Shown: positions 48,341-56,897 of the stretch, piece by piece | Numbering within the stretch: position 1 is the stretch's first letter | Layout: every line of letters starts with the position of its first letter | Origin: a virus | Length of the DNA stretch: 64,000 nucleotides | Virus record (IMG/VR): IMGVR_UViG_3300021142_000014 | Location: 35,714-99,713 of that record | Reading direction: 5' to 3' (one strand) | The notes under the pieces: model-generated | Told to the model about the DNA's origin: nothing | Database searches by the model: none | The model's input: the letters and a program-made list of their open reading frames with translations, nothing else | Made by a program: the position numbers and the translations under genes

Positions 48341-48832
48341 CTACTTTGCAGGTGGTGTGTGAATTGATTGAGCGTTGATTGCATTAGTGTTGAAACGTAG
48401 GTAGGTCTGTGGCAAACGACCATCTTGATTGACGTGGCAATAGCTTGGATCCCCGGCCTGTCCATGGGACACCGTGAGAGGGTTCTTTGCGTTAAGACCT
48501 GATACGTCAACTACGAGTGCTGTGTGCCAGCCGGTTCCTGGGCCATAAACGATTACGTCGCCTGGCAGGACATCCTTGAGGGCAATCTTGTGACCGTGTG
48601 CGAGTAGTGTGCCGGTGTAACCGGTGTGGTTGTAGCTCTGAGCATTTGGATCAGGAGCGCCAGCCCAGTTGTAGCAGAGGGTAACAAAGGCTGAGCAGTC
48701 GGCGGTCACTGGCAGTTTGCCTGGGTGTCCAATACCCGACATACGTTGAGGTCCTTCTGAGTAGGTGAACTTGGCGTGGTTAGTGGCACCCCATTTGGCC
48801 CAAGCTACGATGGTATCTCTTACGTCAGTCAT
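48341..48832 (-). CDS. NlpC/P60 cysteine peptidase (endolysin or virion hydrolase)
   Basis: Y......R, ADCSAFV..CY..AG, GYTGTL, PGDV..YG.G.G.HTALV, SHG. Confidence 0.85.
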   Translation of the reverse strand: MTDVRDTIVAWAKWGATNHAKFTYSEGPQRMSGIGHPGKLPVTADCSAFVTLCYNWAGAPDPNAQSYNHTGYTGTLLAHGHKIALKDVLPGDVIVYGPGTGWHTALVVDVSGLNAKNPLTVSHGQAGDPSYCHVNQDGRLPQTYLRFNTNAINAQSIHTPPAK

Positions 48833-48846
48833 GATTTTCCTTTTTA

Positions 48847-49044
48847 TTATGGTTGTGGATCTGGGTTTACAAAAGTAGTGCCGTTATACGTCCAACCAAT
48901 AGATGCTGGGTTGTCAACAGTGTATTCAACAGCGTTTACAGCATCTATCATTGATGGAACGGCATTTAGTGCTATTTCAAGACTGTTGGCTACTATTACG
49001 TTTATTACTACGTTATTAGCGTCAAGAATGGCAAAAGTTAACAT
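48847..49044 (-). CDS. Small fibre-associated protein
   Basis: FAILD.NN.V.NVIVA...A.IGWTY.G..F..P motif. Confidence 0.7.
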   Translation of the reverse strand: MLTFAILDANNVVINVIVANSLEIALNAVPSMIDAVNAVEYTVDNPASIGWTYNGTTFVNPDPQP

Positions 49045-49078
49045 ATTTTCCTCAATAATCCTATAATCTATGGTGGAT

Positions 49079-51298
49079 TTAGGTAGGTACTACATCTTCC
49101 CCGAGGTTATTCACAGGCTCCGAATAGTCACCTGGCTGGTCATTTTCAGATGTGTACTCCCCAACAACGTCTGGGTTGTTAGGTGTAACATAGAAATTGA
49201 CCTCGTTGACTGGCTCAACCTTGGCAGATTCTACAGATCTTACATTCATTACTAGGCTGAGTCCATAGCGAACCAATCCGACTGTTGTGGCAATTGCTCT
49301 TCTAAGATAAGTTCTACCCTTGGTAGTACCAATTTCATAGCTAACCGTGGCAGTGGCGTATTTTTTACGGTTGTTTGCCTTGGTTACAGTAGCTGATACA
49401 CTCTGCAATACTGAAGCATTCTTATGTGTAACTTTTCCACCACTTACAACCTTACCAATGAATATAACAATATTCTTGGCAATTTTACGGTATGCATGGG
49501 ATTTGATATTAAAACTCAAATTAGTGGATAGAGTCTTGATAGAGGTAGCACGGCGTTTATTGGTTCTAGCAAGGTTTATTCTATTAGCGTTGGCATTCCT
49601 ATTGAACCTAGATAATTTAGTGGTTTTAATAAGCCCTGTAGTTCTAGCAATCGCATAACGATAGAATTGATCAATTTTTCCATCGAATGCAATATTAGTT
49701 GCAGTTACTTTAGCAACTCTAATGAACCTAGAAAATTTCCTGGTAGTAGCAAGATTAATGACTGCTGCCGTTGCTCTTCTTGTGAATCTAAATAATTTGT
49801 TATTTTTGGTTAACCCTGTGAATATAACTTTTATGTTCTTGCCATAGTTTTTGCTGACTTTAACGAGCATTGCACGGTTAGCTGTTGCGAGGCGTCTAGC
49901 TACGACAATTCTTGTTGCAATAGTAATGCCTACTTGGGTTGATTTAGCTACTCTAATAAATCTAGATTGTTTAGTAGTGGTAACCAAATTGGTTGTTCTA
50001 GCTATGGCATAACGGTAGAATCGATCGATCTTTCCATCTCGTGCTATGTTGATAACCATAGAAATGGCTTTTTTAAAAAGAACATTAATTCTATAAGAAT
50101 TTGCTATGTTGATAGCATTAGCTGAACCGGTTCTTATAAACCTACCAATTTTAATAGTTTTGACAATATTGATAGCTATAGCACGGACTCTGGCATTATA
50201 TGTCCTGCTACTCTTTACAAGAGACACCCTAGTAACGGTAACTAATTTGCTTCTAATGTTAGAATTTTTAGATGTAATAAGCGAAACTCTGGTGGCAAAC
50301 GCTTTTTTAAAATTATTGTAAGATTTTGCATTACGAATTAAGAACGTGGATTCAACTAATGCTTGTTTTATACGTTTGATTGTTTTATAGTTATTTGCTA
50401 TGTTTATGCTTGTTATAGTACTTGTTCTAAACCTATTAAAGGTTTTACTAGAATTTACTAGTCTGGTTGCAGTAGCGATAGCACTTCTGTAATATTGATC
50501 AAATGGCTTTAAACTATTTGCTAAAGAGGTTTGCAATGCCTTAGCAGTACGGGTGAATCTAGATCGTTTGACAATGATTACTGATTGTGTATAGGCAGCA
50601 ATCGCTTTTCTAAAGAATTGATCGATGCGGCCTTCGAATGCAAGGTTTACAAGATTAACTATAGAAATTCTAAAATGTCTTGTTATCTTAGTAACTTTTG
50701 CGTAACCAATGCTATTGGCAGTAACACGACGAATACCTGTAAAACGCTTGCTATTTCTTATAACACCAGTATAATTAGCTATTACATCTTTTAGTTTGGA
50801 TCTAATATATCTAGTAACGATAGCTGAGGTTTGTAGAGCAATGGCAAATCTTAATTGGATATAACTTTTTGAGGTTTTTGCTAAATTTGTAGACGTAGAT
50901 GAAGCTTGTTTAATTCTACCGATTTTTGACTGGTTATTAACCAATATTGTGGCCAAAGCGATGGCATTCTTAAAGTAATCAAGGTGCTTCTGGAATCCAT
51001 AACCACCTCTCCAACCAAGTTCATACGCTTCAGTATTGGGTGAATAGAATGCTCTAGTAAAGCTACTCTTAGGTCCTACATAAGGTGGTGGGACATGTGG
51101 ACCTTGACCACCTCTCCAACCTTCTGGTACTTTACCATTTTTGTTCGTGGCAAAATAACCAAATAGAATAGTCTTATAATTACTACTATATTCTGGCGGG
51201 TGTGGTCCACCCTCACCACCAGTCCAACCTTCAATAACCTTATTATTGGTTGAACGATACCCTCTAGTAATATTATTCTTGGGTTTTTTATTGGCCAT
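49079..51298 (-). CDS. Highly basic ~20-aa-repeat protein
   Basis: 739 aa, R/K/T/A/I-rich; repeats such as FYRYAIARTTNLVTTTKQSR; three GWxGG motifs at the N-terminus; acidic C-tail. Confidence 0.75.
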   Translation of the reverse strand: MANKKPKNNITRGYRSTNNKVIEGWTGGEGGPHPPEYSSNYKTILFGYFATNKNGKVPEGWRGGQGPHVPPPYVGPKSSFTRAFYSPNTEAYELGWRGGYGFQKHLDYFKNAIALATILVNNQSKIGRIKQASSTSTNLAKTSKSYIQLRFAIALQTSAIVTRYIRSKLKDVIANYTGVIRNSKRFTGIRRVTANSIGYAKVTKITRHFRISIVNLVNLAFEGRIDQFFRKAIAAYTQSVIIVKRSRFTRTAKALQTSLANSLKPFDQYYRSAIATATRLVNSSKTFNRFRTSTITSINIANNYKTIKRIKQALVESTFLIRNAKSYNNFKKAFATRVSLITSKNSNIRSKLVTVTRVSLVKSSRTYNARVRAIAINIVKTIKIGRFIRTGSANAINIANSYRINVLFKKAISMVINIARDGKIDRFYRYAIARTTNLVTTTKQSRFIRVAKSTQVGITIATRIVVARRLATANRAMLVKVSKNYGKNIKVIFTGLTKNNKLFRFTRRATAAVINLATTRKFSRFIRVAKVTATNIAFDGKIDQFYRYAIARTTGLIKTTKLSRFNRNANANRINLARTNKRRATSIKTLSTNLSFNIKSHAYRKIAKNIVIFIGKVVSGGKVTHKNASVLQSVSATVTKANNRKKYATATVSYEIGTTKGRTYLRRAIATTVGLVRYGLSLVMNVRSVESAKVEPVNEVNFYVTPNNPDVVGEYTSENDQPGDYSEPVNNLGEDVVPT

Positions 51299-51406
51299 TA
51301 TGCTATATTACGCAATCTTTGATGGTTAGATTCTTGGGGAAGAGCAAGCTAGAAAGGGATTACTATATACTCTGTTGAGTTATAGAGGGTCTTACATTGT
51401 AAGGAT

Positions 51407-51826
51407 CTAAAGGCTGTATTTACTAATGATGCAATCTACTTCTTGTTCAATAGTTAAACCATCTTTAATTATAAAATCGACGTAATTTATTGGGTCTTGC
51501 CAAAGGGTATTAGTGTCCTCAAAACGGCTTTTTTTGATACGGTCCATCCAGATAAGAATGTCTGGTTTGCCAAAAGCCTCTCTTGCCTCTTCCGTAGGGC
51601 AAACAAAATCCACAATTATGTTATGACCTTGGCGTTCTAAAAGTCTTGCCATCTCACCAAGCCTGCGTGCTTGTTCAACCCTGTCATCGTTTGAGAACCC
51701 AAGATCTGAATTAATTGTTGCCCTAACCTCATCAGCATTCAAATGGATTACAGGTATTTTTTCTTTTAAACCATTTGCTAGAGCAGTTTTACCCGATCCA
51801 GGAAGCCCAATAATCTGGATAATCAT
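51407..51826 (-). CDS. cysC: Adenylyl-sulfate (APS) kinase, PAPS-forming
   Basis: GLPGSGKT, LNADEVR..INSDLGFS..DR.EQARR, IVDFVCP. Confidence 0.88.
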   Translation of the reverse strand: MIIQIIGLPGSGKTALANGLKEKIPVIHLNADEVRATINSDLGFSNDDRVEQARRLGEMARLLERQGHNIIVDFVCPTEEAREAFGKPDILIWMDRIKKSRFEDTNTLWQDPINYVDFIIKDGLTIEQEVDCIISKYSL

Positions 51827-52407
51827 TAATGGTAGAATTTTGTTATTGCCCAGCGCACTCCACTGATAACTGGTTCTACTTGGTGTGCATAAGGAAAGTG
51901 TGCAGGGAAAATAATTAATTGCCCTTTCTTTGGTTTAATTTTTAAATCAAATTCAACAAAATTAATTTCTCCACCTTCGTAATCATTGTTAAGATAATGT
52001 GTTAAAGAAAAAGTTCTTTTTTCAAACATAGCACCACGACCCCAGTCAATATGTGCTTTGTAATGATGACCTATTTCATATTTTAGAATTTGGTATGCAT
52101 CAGATCCGATAGTATCTGTATGGTACTTTTCACAATAATCGTCTACATATGCCTTATAAGCATTATCAAAATGTTCTCTTATACTATCTATTATTTTGTT
52201 CCTACCATCATTGGAAATACCCATAAGCTTTACTTTTCTAGCTTCTGGAATATTTATGTTTTCTCCAACATAGGAATGTGGAGCCCAATTTAGAGAACCA
52301 TTTTTAATATGCTCTTCCCATTCAGGAACCATATTGGAAATATTTTCTCCTACATTGCTATAACTTATTATTCCTGGTGCTAGTATTTCTCTTTTTATTT
52401 TATCCAC
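51826..52407 (-). CDS. 2OG-Fe(II) oxygenase, prolyl-4-hydroxylase-like
   Basis: ILKY..G.HYKAHID (HxD), R.FS...YLNNDYEGGE, FP..F.Y.H.V.PV.SG.R. Confidence 0.92.
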   Translation of the reverse strand: MDKIKREILAPGIISYSNVGENISNMVPEWEEHIKNGSLNWAPHSYVGENINIPEARKVKLMGISNDGRNKIIDSIREHFDNAYKAYVDDYCEKYHTDTIGSDAYQILKYEIGHHYKAHIDWGRGAMFEKRTFSLTHYLNNDYEGGEINFVEFDLKIKPKKGQLIIFPAHFPYAHQVEPVISGVRWAITKFYH

Positions 52408-52417
52408 AATTTACCTT

Positions 52418-53113
52418 TTATTTTTTAACTGTAACCATAAACTCAAGAGGTGATTCAAATGTTTCGCTCCACACTGAGTCATCAAGCAATGGTTCTACGT
52501 GTTTAAACATTCTGACTGGAGTAGTTGTTACTAAAACTCCACCCTTTTTTAGAAGAATAGATGATGCGGTTAAAATTTCTTTTATAACATCTAGTCCGTC
52601 TTCGCCACCAGCTACTGACGTTAAATCGTAAGGAAGAGTATCCACTTTTGAAAGATCATCTGGAATGGGTATGCATGGATAACCTGCAAGGATAAAATCG
52701 ACCTGACCATGAAGATGTTTGAGATTATCAATTGAATCCAGAGCACTACACATCACTGGAATGAATTTAGAATTGCTTTTATTTATTTGCTCTTTAAAAC
52801 CATCTGCATTCTTTGTAGTCCAAAAAAATGGCTTTTCATATTTCTCTACACCATAAATTACTGAATTGGGGAATTCTATTGCCATCGCTATGCCGAGCAT
52901 GCCTGATCCAGCACACATGTCTATTACGGTAAGGCCTTCTAATGGATTAATCTTTTCTTTTACAAAAAACAACATGTTTTCAAAAAACACATCAATTCCA
53001 TAAGCCTCTGCATAAACACCCTCACCAATGGCTATTTGCAATCCACGAAACTCGTAAAAGCCGTCATCGTATGCTTTTTGATTTAAGGGCAATTCAAATT
53101 GTTCTCTAGGCAT
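52418..53113 (-). CDS. PrmC/HemK-like SAM methyltransferase with altered NPPY motif
   Basis: F.GL...IG.GV, IDMCAGSG, DFILAGYPCIP at the NPPY position, GGEDGLDVI. Confidence 0.8.
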   Translation of the reverse strand: MPREQFELPLNQKAYDDGFYEFRGLQIAIGEGVYAEAYGIDVFFENMLFFVKEKINPLEGLTVIDMCAGSGMLGIAMAIEFPNSVIYGVEKYEKPFFWTTKNADGFKEQINKSNSKFIPVMCSALDSIDNLKHLHGQVDFILAGYPCIPIPDDLSKVDTLPYDLTSVAGGEDGLDVIKEILTASSILLKKGGVLVTTTPVRMFKHVEPLLDDSVWSETFESPLEFMVTVKK

Positions 53114-53123
53114 ATTTTGTCTC

Positions 53124-53699
53124 CTATTTTGATTCTATAGCCCACATAGGCATTATGTCCACAACTAAATTAATCCTTGGTGTTGTTCCATTGTTATCAA
53201 CTGCATGGCGTTTAACATTATTTATCTCCCAGATTTCCCCTGGCTTCATGTTTATAGTTTCGCCATCAACCCATGTTTCACATTGAGGATTAGTTATTAT
53301 CGGTATTTGATGTCTATGTACAGCACTAAAATATTGTCCAAGATCTATATGAATATAGATATTGGTTCCAGCTGGCAATAAGAAATAAAATATTTTAGCT
53401 GCTTTACCATCGCAGTCTTTTTCTAATTTATCGATTATTGGTTTAGTTAATGCCCAAAGTTCTTTATCTTTACATTCAAATTCTGGCGTGAAAGGTGCCG
53501 GATAGAACCAATTCCTGGGGTAATCCTGCACTATTAGAATTTTACCATGTTGATGGTGGGTTAGATTTAACCGTTCATCAAAGTATTTATCTTCATTCTT
53601 GCTCAACAAATAATCCGCAATTTTACCAACGTCTACGTTGCCTTTGTTAATAAAATTAAATGGATTATTGTATTTGCTCCAAACTTTAGTTAATGTCAT
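53124..53699 (-). CDS. Aspartyl/asparaginyl beta-hydroxylase-like 2OG oxygenase
   Basis: L.AG..I..HID, HR.QIPIITNP, MKPGE.WEINN...H.V.N.G...RINLVVD. Confidence 0.88.
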   Translation of the reverse strand: MTLTKVWSKYNNPFNFINKGNVDVGKIADYLLSKNEDKYFDERLNLTHHQHGKILIVQDYPRNWFYPAPFTPEFECKDKELWALTKPIIDKLEKDCDGKAAKIFYFLLPAGTNIYIHIDLGQYFSAVHRHQIPIITNPQCETWVDGETINMKPGEIWEINNVKRHAVDNNGTTPRINLVVDIMPMWAIESK

Positions 53700-54413
53700 T
53701 TAAGGCTCATAACCAAAAGTTTCAAATTCCCAAGACCATTCTTTTTGTATAGTTTCAAGTTCTTGCTTGCCAAATATATTTTTGTATGAAATGTGTTGTG
53801 GTTTGTAATCGCTTTTTGCTTTATAAGGTATTGTAATTGCTGGCAACCCAACCATTGGTAAAATTTTATTTATTTCGTTTTCTATTCCATTTTCATATCG
53901 TAAAATATGATCAACTAATATTTCACCATTTGATGAATATATCCATTTAGTACTATTAAGGGCATAAAATTCTGGTTCTCTTGCATAAAAAAAACGATAA
54001 TTTAAATAATCTTTTTGCTTTCCAGATAATGCATCCCAGTCATAACCGCCACCATATTCAAATGGATCAGCATCATTGTTTGTTTTTACTCCCCAATATT
54101 CTCTCATTTTATGAAAAAACCATGAAGTTATGATTTCATATGGGTGCCTTACAAAAACAGCAGAGATTGTATTATCTATTTTTTCTTCACCAAAAACTTT
54201 ACAGACTTCTTCATAAGAAGCATGATTCTCAAGCTGTGTATCACCATAAATAAAGTTTCTTGGTATATGGCCATATTGTGATTCATCAATAGGCATCATT
54301 GGCGTGCAGGTAGAGTTTTCTGGAACTAAATTATATAATGATAATTCTAACGAGCTGCCGCCGACTTTATAATTCTTTAACAATAAAAAGTTATTATCGG
54401 GAGAATAGATCAC
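53700..54413 (-). CDS. Sulfotransferase (family 2-like)
   Basis: 5'-PSB K..KVGGSS, 3'-PB FVRHPY....S.F, I.RYE, C-terminal E.E.FGY. Confidence 0.82.
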   Translation of the reverse strand: MIYSPDNNFLLLKNYKVGGSSLELSLYNLVPENSTCTPMMPIDESQYGHIPRNFIYGDTQLENHASYEEVCKVFGEEKIDNTISAVFVRHPYEIITSWFFHKMREYWGVKTNNDADPFEYGGGYDWDALSGKQKDYLNYRFFYAREPEFYALNSTKWIYSSNGEILVDHILRYENGIENEINKILPMVGLPAITIPYKAKSDYKPQHISYKNIFGKQELETIQKEWSWEFETFGYEP

Positions 54414-54685
54414 TACTCACCCTTGTTTATTTTTTCCAATTCAAGGTTGGACAATGTAATAGCACTTTTTATGTCTGTGGCAATACCGACTACTTTTACT
54501 TTACCTGGGTTAGTACCTCTAGAAACAATATAGAATTTATAATTCTTATCTTTTTCTATAAATAGTCTTGTTGCAGTACGTGATTCCAGAAAACGAAGAT
54601 AACGTGTTTGATTTTCATTGTTTTTAGGGATTACCATCGTTTTCCAACGACGCTTTTCATTGTATATTTTATTTTTCTTAAACAT
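54413..54685 (-). CDS. Hypothetical basic protein
   Basis: 90-aa ORF, TAATG-coupled. Confidence 0.55.
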   Translation of the reverse strand: MFKKNKIYNEKRRWKTMVIPKNNENQTRYLRFLESRTATRLFIEKDKNYKFYIVSRGTNPGKVKVVGIATDIKSAITLSNLELEKINKGE

Positions 54686-55398
54686 TAGCTTTCTACCTTA
54701 TAAACTTTTTTACGCCATATATTTTTTCTATACCAACCAACTTGGTAATCATAGCTTCTTTCGGGATGGTTTTCCATACTTCTTTTCCATATCCCTTTCT
54801 TCTTTTTAGCTACCCAGTCTTCTCTTTTGAATGGAATAACTTGAAGAATCGGAGTACCTTTAGGAATAGCACCTTCAAAACCCTTTATAACGCTAAATGG
54901 TATGTTACCGCCATGCATAAAGAAGTCACCGTCTACGATACCAGTGAATGTCATAAATGGTAGATCAAACCTATTAAATGGGTGTGTCAAAATTGCACTA
55001 TATCCTTCAGGAAGGTGGAAAGCATACTGAGTTTGCCAAATAAAATGCTCTTCATCATGACCAGCTGGCGATGGCATTGGGTCTGTAGTCATTGGAGGTC
55101 TATTGCTAATTGGCATTGGTTGTTGTTTGCAACGGATAGATGGTCCATTCTCTGTTTGCTCTACATAAACTTCTTGTGGCAAAGACATATAAAATCCAGT
55201 TGTCATAGCATCTAAGAATGGTATACACATCTTAAGACCCATAGCAGGCATATTGTTATTTGGATCTTTATTATCTAAAAACTTTGGTGTTTTTTTATAC
55301 CAATCAGGTACGATTTCAACCATAGCTCCTATACCCTTTTTTTCTACGGTTGGGGAGCCTTCATAATAAAGTACGTTTTTATTATTCTTTTTAAACAT
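54685..55398 (-). CDS. Conserved hypothetical protein, paralog A (possible dUTPase-like fold)
   Basis: PDWYK, K.CIPFLDA.T.G, P.GYS...THP.NR.DLPF, I.KGTP..QVIPFKRE.W, Y....W.KK.Y. Confidence 0.75.
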   Translation of the reverse strand: MFKKNNKNVLYYEGSPTVEKKGIGAMVEIVPDWYKKTPKFLDNKDPNNNMPAMGLKMCIPFLDAMTTGFYMSLPQEVYVEQTENGPSIRCKQQPMPISNRPPMTTDPMPSPAGHDEEHFIWQTQYAFHLPEGYSAILTHPFNRFDLPFMTFTGIVDGDFFMHGGNIPFSVIKGFEGAIPKGTPILQVIPFKREDWVAKKKKGIWKRSMENHPERSYDYQVGWYRKNIWRKKVYKVES

Positions 55399-56078
55399 TA
55401 TTTATACACCTTCTTCTTCCAGAAGTTTTTTCTATAATGACCATTCAACAACTCAGATATAGGAGCTTTCACAGTAGTATCAGCTATGTCCCAAAGACCT
55501 TTTGTAGATTTAGCTACCCATTCTTCTCTTTTAAATGGTATCACTTGAGCTATAGGGGTGCCTTTAGGTATTTCACCTTCAAAACCTTTTTTAATAAAAA
55601 AAGACATGTTAGCACCGGGCATTACATAATCGTCTACCACCGCACTGCTTGTTAAGAATGGTAGATCCCAACGATTCAATGGGTGTGTGTAAAGTAATGA
55701 ATAACCATCAGGAGGTCTTACAGTTATGTTAGCAAACCAAATAAAATGTTCATCTTCATATCCCTCTGGGACTGGTGATGGATCAGTTACTGCACTTGGC
55801 CTATTGTTAACGACAGGTTCTTTTGGATTATTATAACGTATAATTACACCGTTTTCTGTTCTTTGAACATATACACTTTCTTCAAGAACTATGGTGTAAC
55901 CGAGCGTAAGGCTTTCAAGGAATGGGATGCAATGTTTAACTCCAGGCCATTCTTGACCATTTTCGTCAGTTACCCATCTTTTTGTTTTTTTGTACCAATC
56001 AGGTACAACGGAAAGCATAGGCCTCATGTGATCTATAAAACCATTACGACTTTCGTATTTTATGATTTGACGCGACAT
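55398..56078 (-). CDS. Conserved hypothetical protein, paralog B
   Basis: Same motif set as 54685..55398. Confidence 0.75.
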   Translation of the reverse strand: MSRQIIKYESRNGFIDHMRPMLSVVPDWYKKTKRWVTDENGQEWPGVKHCIPFLESLTLGYTIVLEESVYVQRTENGVIIRYNNPKEPVVNNRPSAVTDPSPVPEGYEDEHFIWFANITVRPPDGYSLLYTHPLNRWDLPFLTSSAVVDDYVMPGANMSFFIKKGFEGEIPKGTPIAQVIPFKREEWVAKSTKGLWDIADTTVKAPISELLNGHYRKNFWKKKVYK

Positions 56079-56404
56079 TACTCTTCGTCTTCCTCTTCCT
56101 CATTAACCTCTAGTTCTTGTTCAACGGCTTGCCATTTACCTATTGGACAGAATGCATTAGGTAATTTTACTTTTCCAGGCATAAAGCAACCACATTCTTT
56201 ACATAGCATGGATGACTTACGAATGCGTGGACAATCTTTGCAAATTGCAAGGCGTTCACTAGCTAATTCGTCTTCTACTCTACCAATTTTTTTATTGAAT
56301 AGATCCCATGGTCTAGCTGGGCGTTGTTCAGATGTTTCTTCGGAAGTATTCTTTAGATTTTCTAAATATAATTCCCAAGGCGTTTGCTTTGGTTGTCCGT
56401 TCAT
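56078..56404 (-). CDS. Six-Cys small protein (DUF6171-like)
   Basis: RPWD, ERL.IC..CP, C.ECGCFM..K..L..A.CP.GKW. Confidence 0.75.
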   Translation of the reverse strand: MNGQPKQTPWELYLENLKNTSEETSEQRPARPWDLFNKKIGRVEDELASERLAICKDCPRIRKSSMLCKECGCFMPGKVKLPNAFCPIGKWQAVEQELEVNEEEEDEE

Positions 56405-56406
56405 TT

Positions 56407-56640
56407 TTAACGGTATTCACTCGCAAATTCACCGGCTTCTTCATCGTAACCAAGACCAACTTGGATAAAAGCGCCGCGTTCATGATCTGTAATATCAATT
56501 ATTATTGGTTGGCTTGTCATAATTGCTGCATTTCTAGCACTGCAACTTTGAACATGAACTACTTGACCATCAAGGATAAATGCCAAACGGTTAGTAGTAT
56601 TGATAGCTATCATTGGATCTTCTGGGATTGGAATTGCCAT
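56407..56640 (-). CDS. Small fibre chaperone-like protein, paralog 1
   Basis: RLAFILDG.V..V..C..R.AA...SQP...DIT...G..YD. Confidence 0.7.
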   Translation of the reverse strand: MAIPIPEDPMIAINTTNRLAFILDGQVVHVQSCSARNAAIMTSQPIIIDITDHERGAFIQVGLGYDEEAGEFASEYR

Positions 56641-56641
56641 A

Positions 56642-56881
56642 TTAACTCCTATTATTTTCTAGGCTTTCACCATCAAAATCAGTGAAAGTATCGGTAGCTA
56701 CATCATACTGAAATCCTACCGGTATGTCAAGTCCTGTTATGTTTCTTGCTATTGGCTTACTTAGTAATAAAGCTGCAAATCTCTCTGAGCATTCAATTAC
56801 TTCTTGTACAAAACCATCAAGAATAAAAGCAATCCGATACATAGGAGGCGTATTATTTAGGTCTTCTTCTTTGTTTGTCAT
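56642..56881 (-). CDS. Small fibre chaperone-like protein, paralog 2
   Basis: RIAFILDG.V.EV..C.ERFAALLLSKP...IT...G..YD. Confidence 0.7.
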   Translation of the reverse strand: MTNKEEDLNNTPPMYRIAFILDGFVQEVIECSERFAALLLSKPIARNITGLDIPVGFQYDVATDTFTDFDGESLENNRS

Positions 56882-56897
56882 GGTCTCTTTCTATTGA

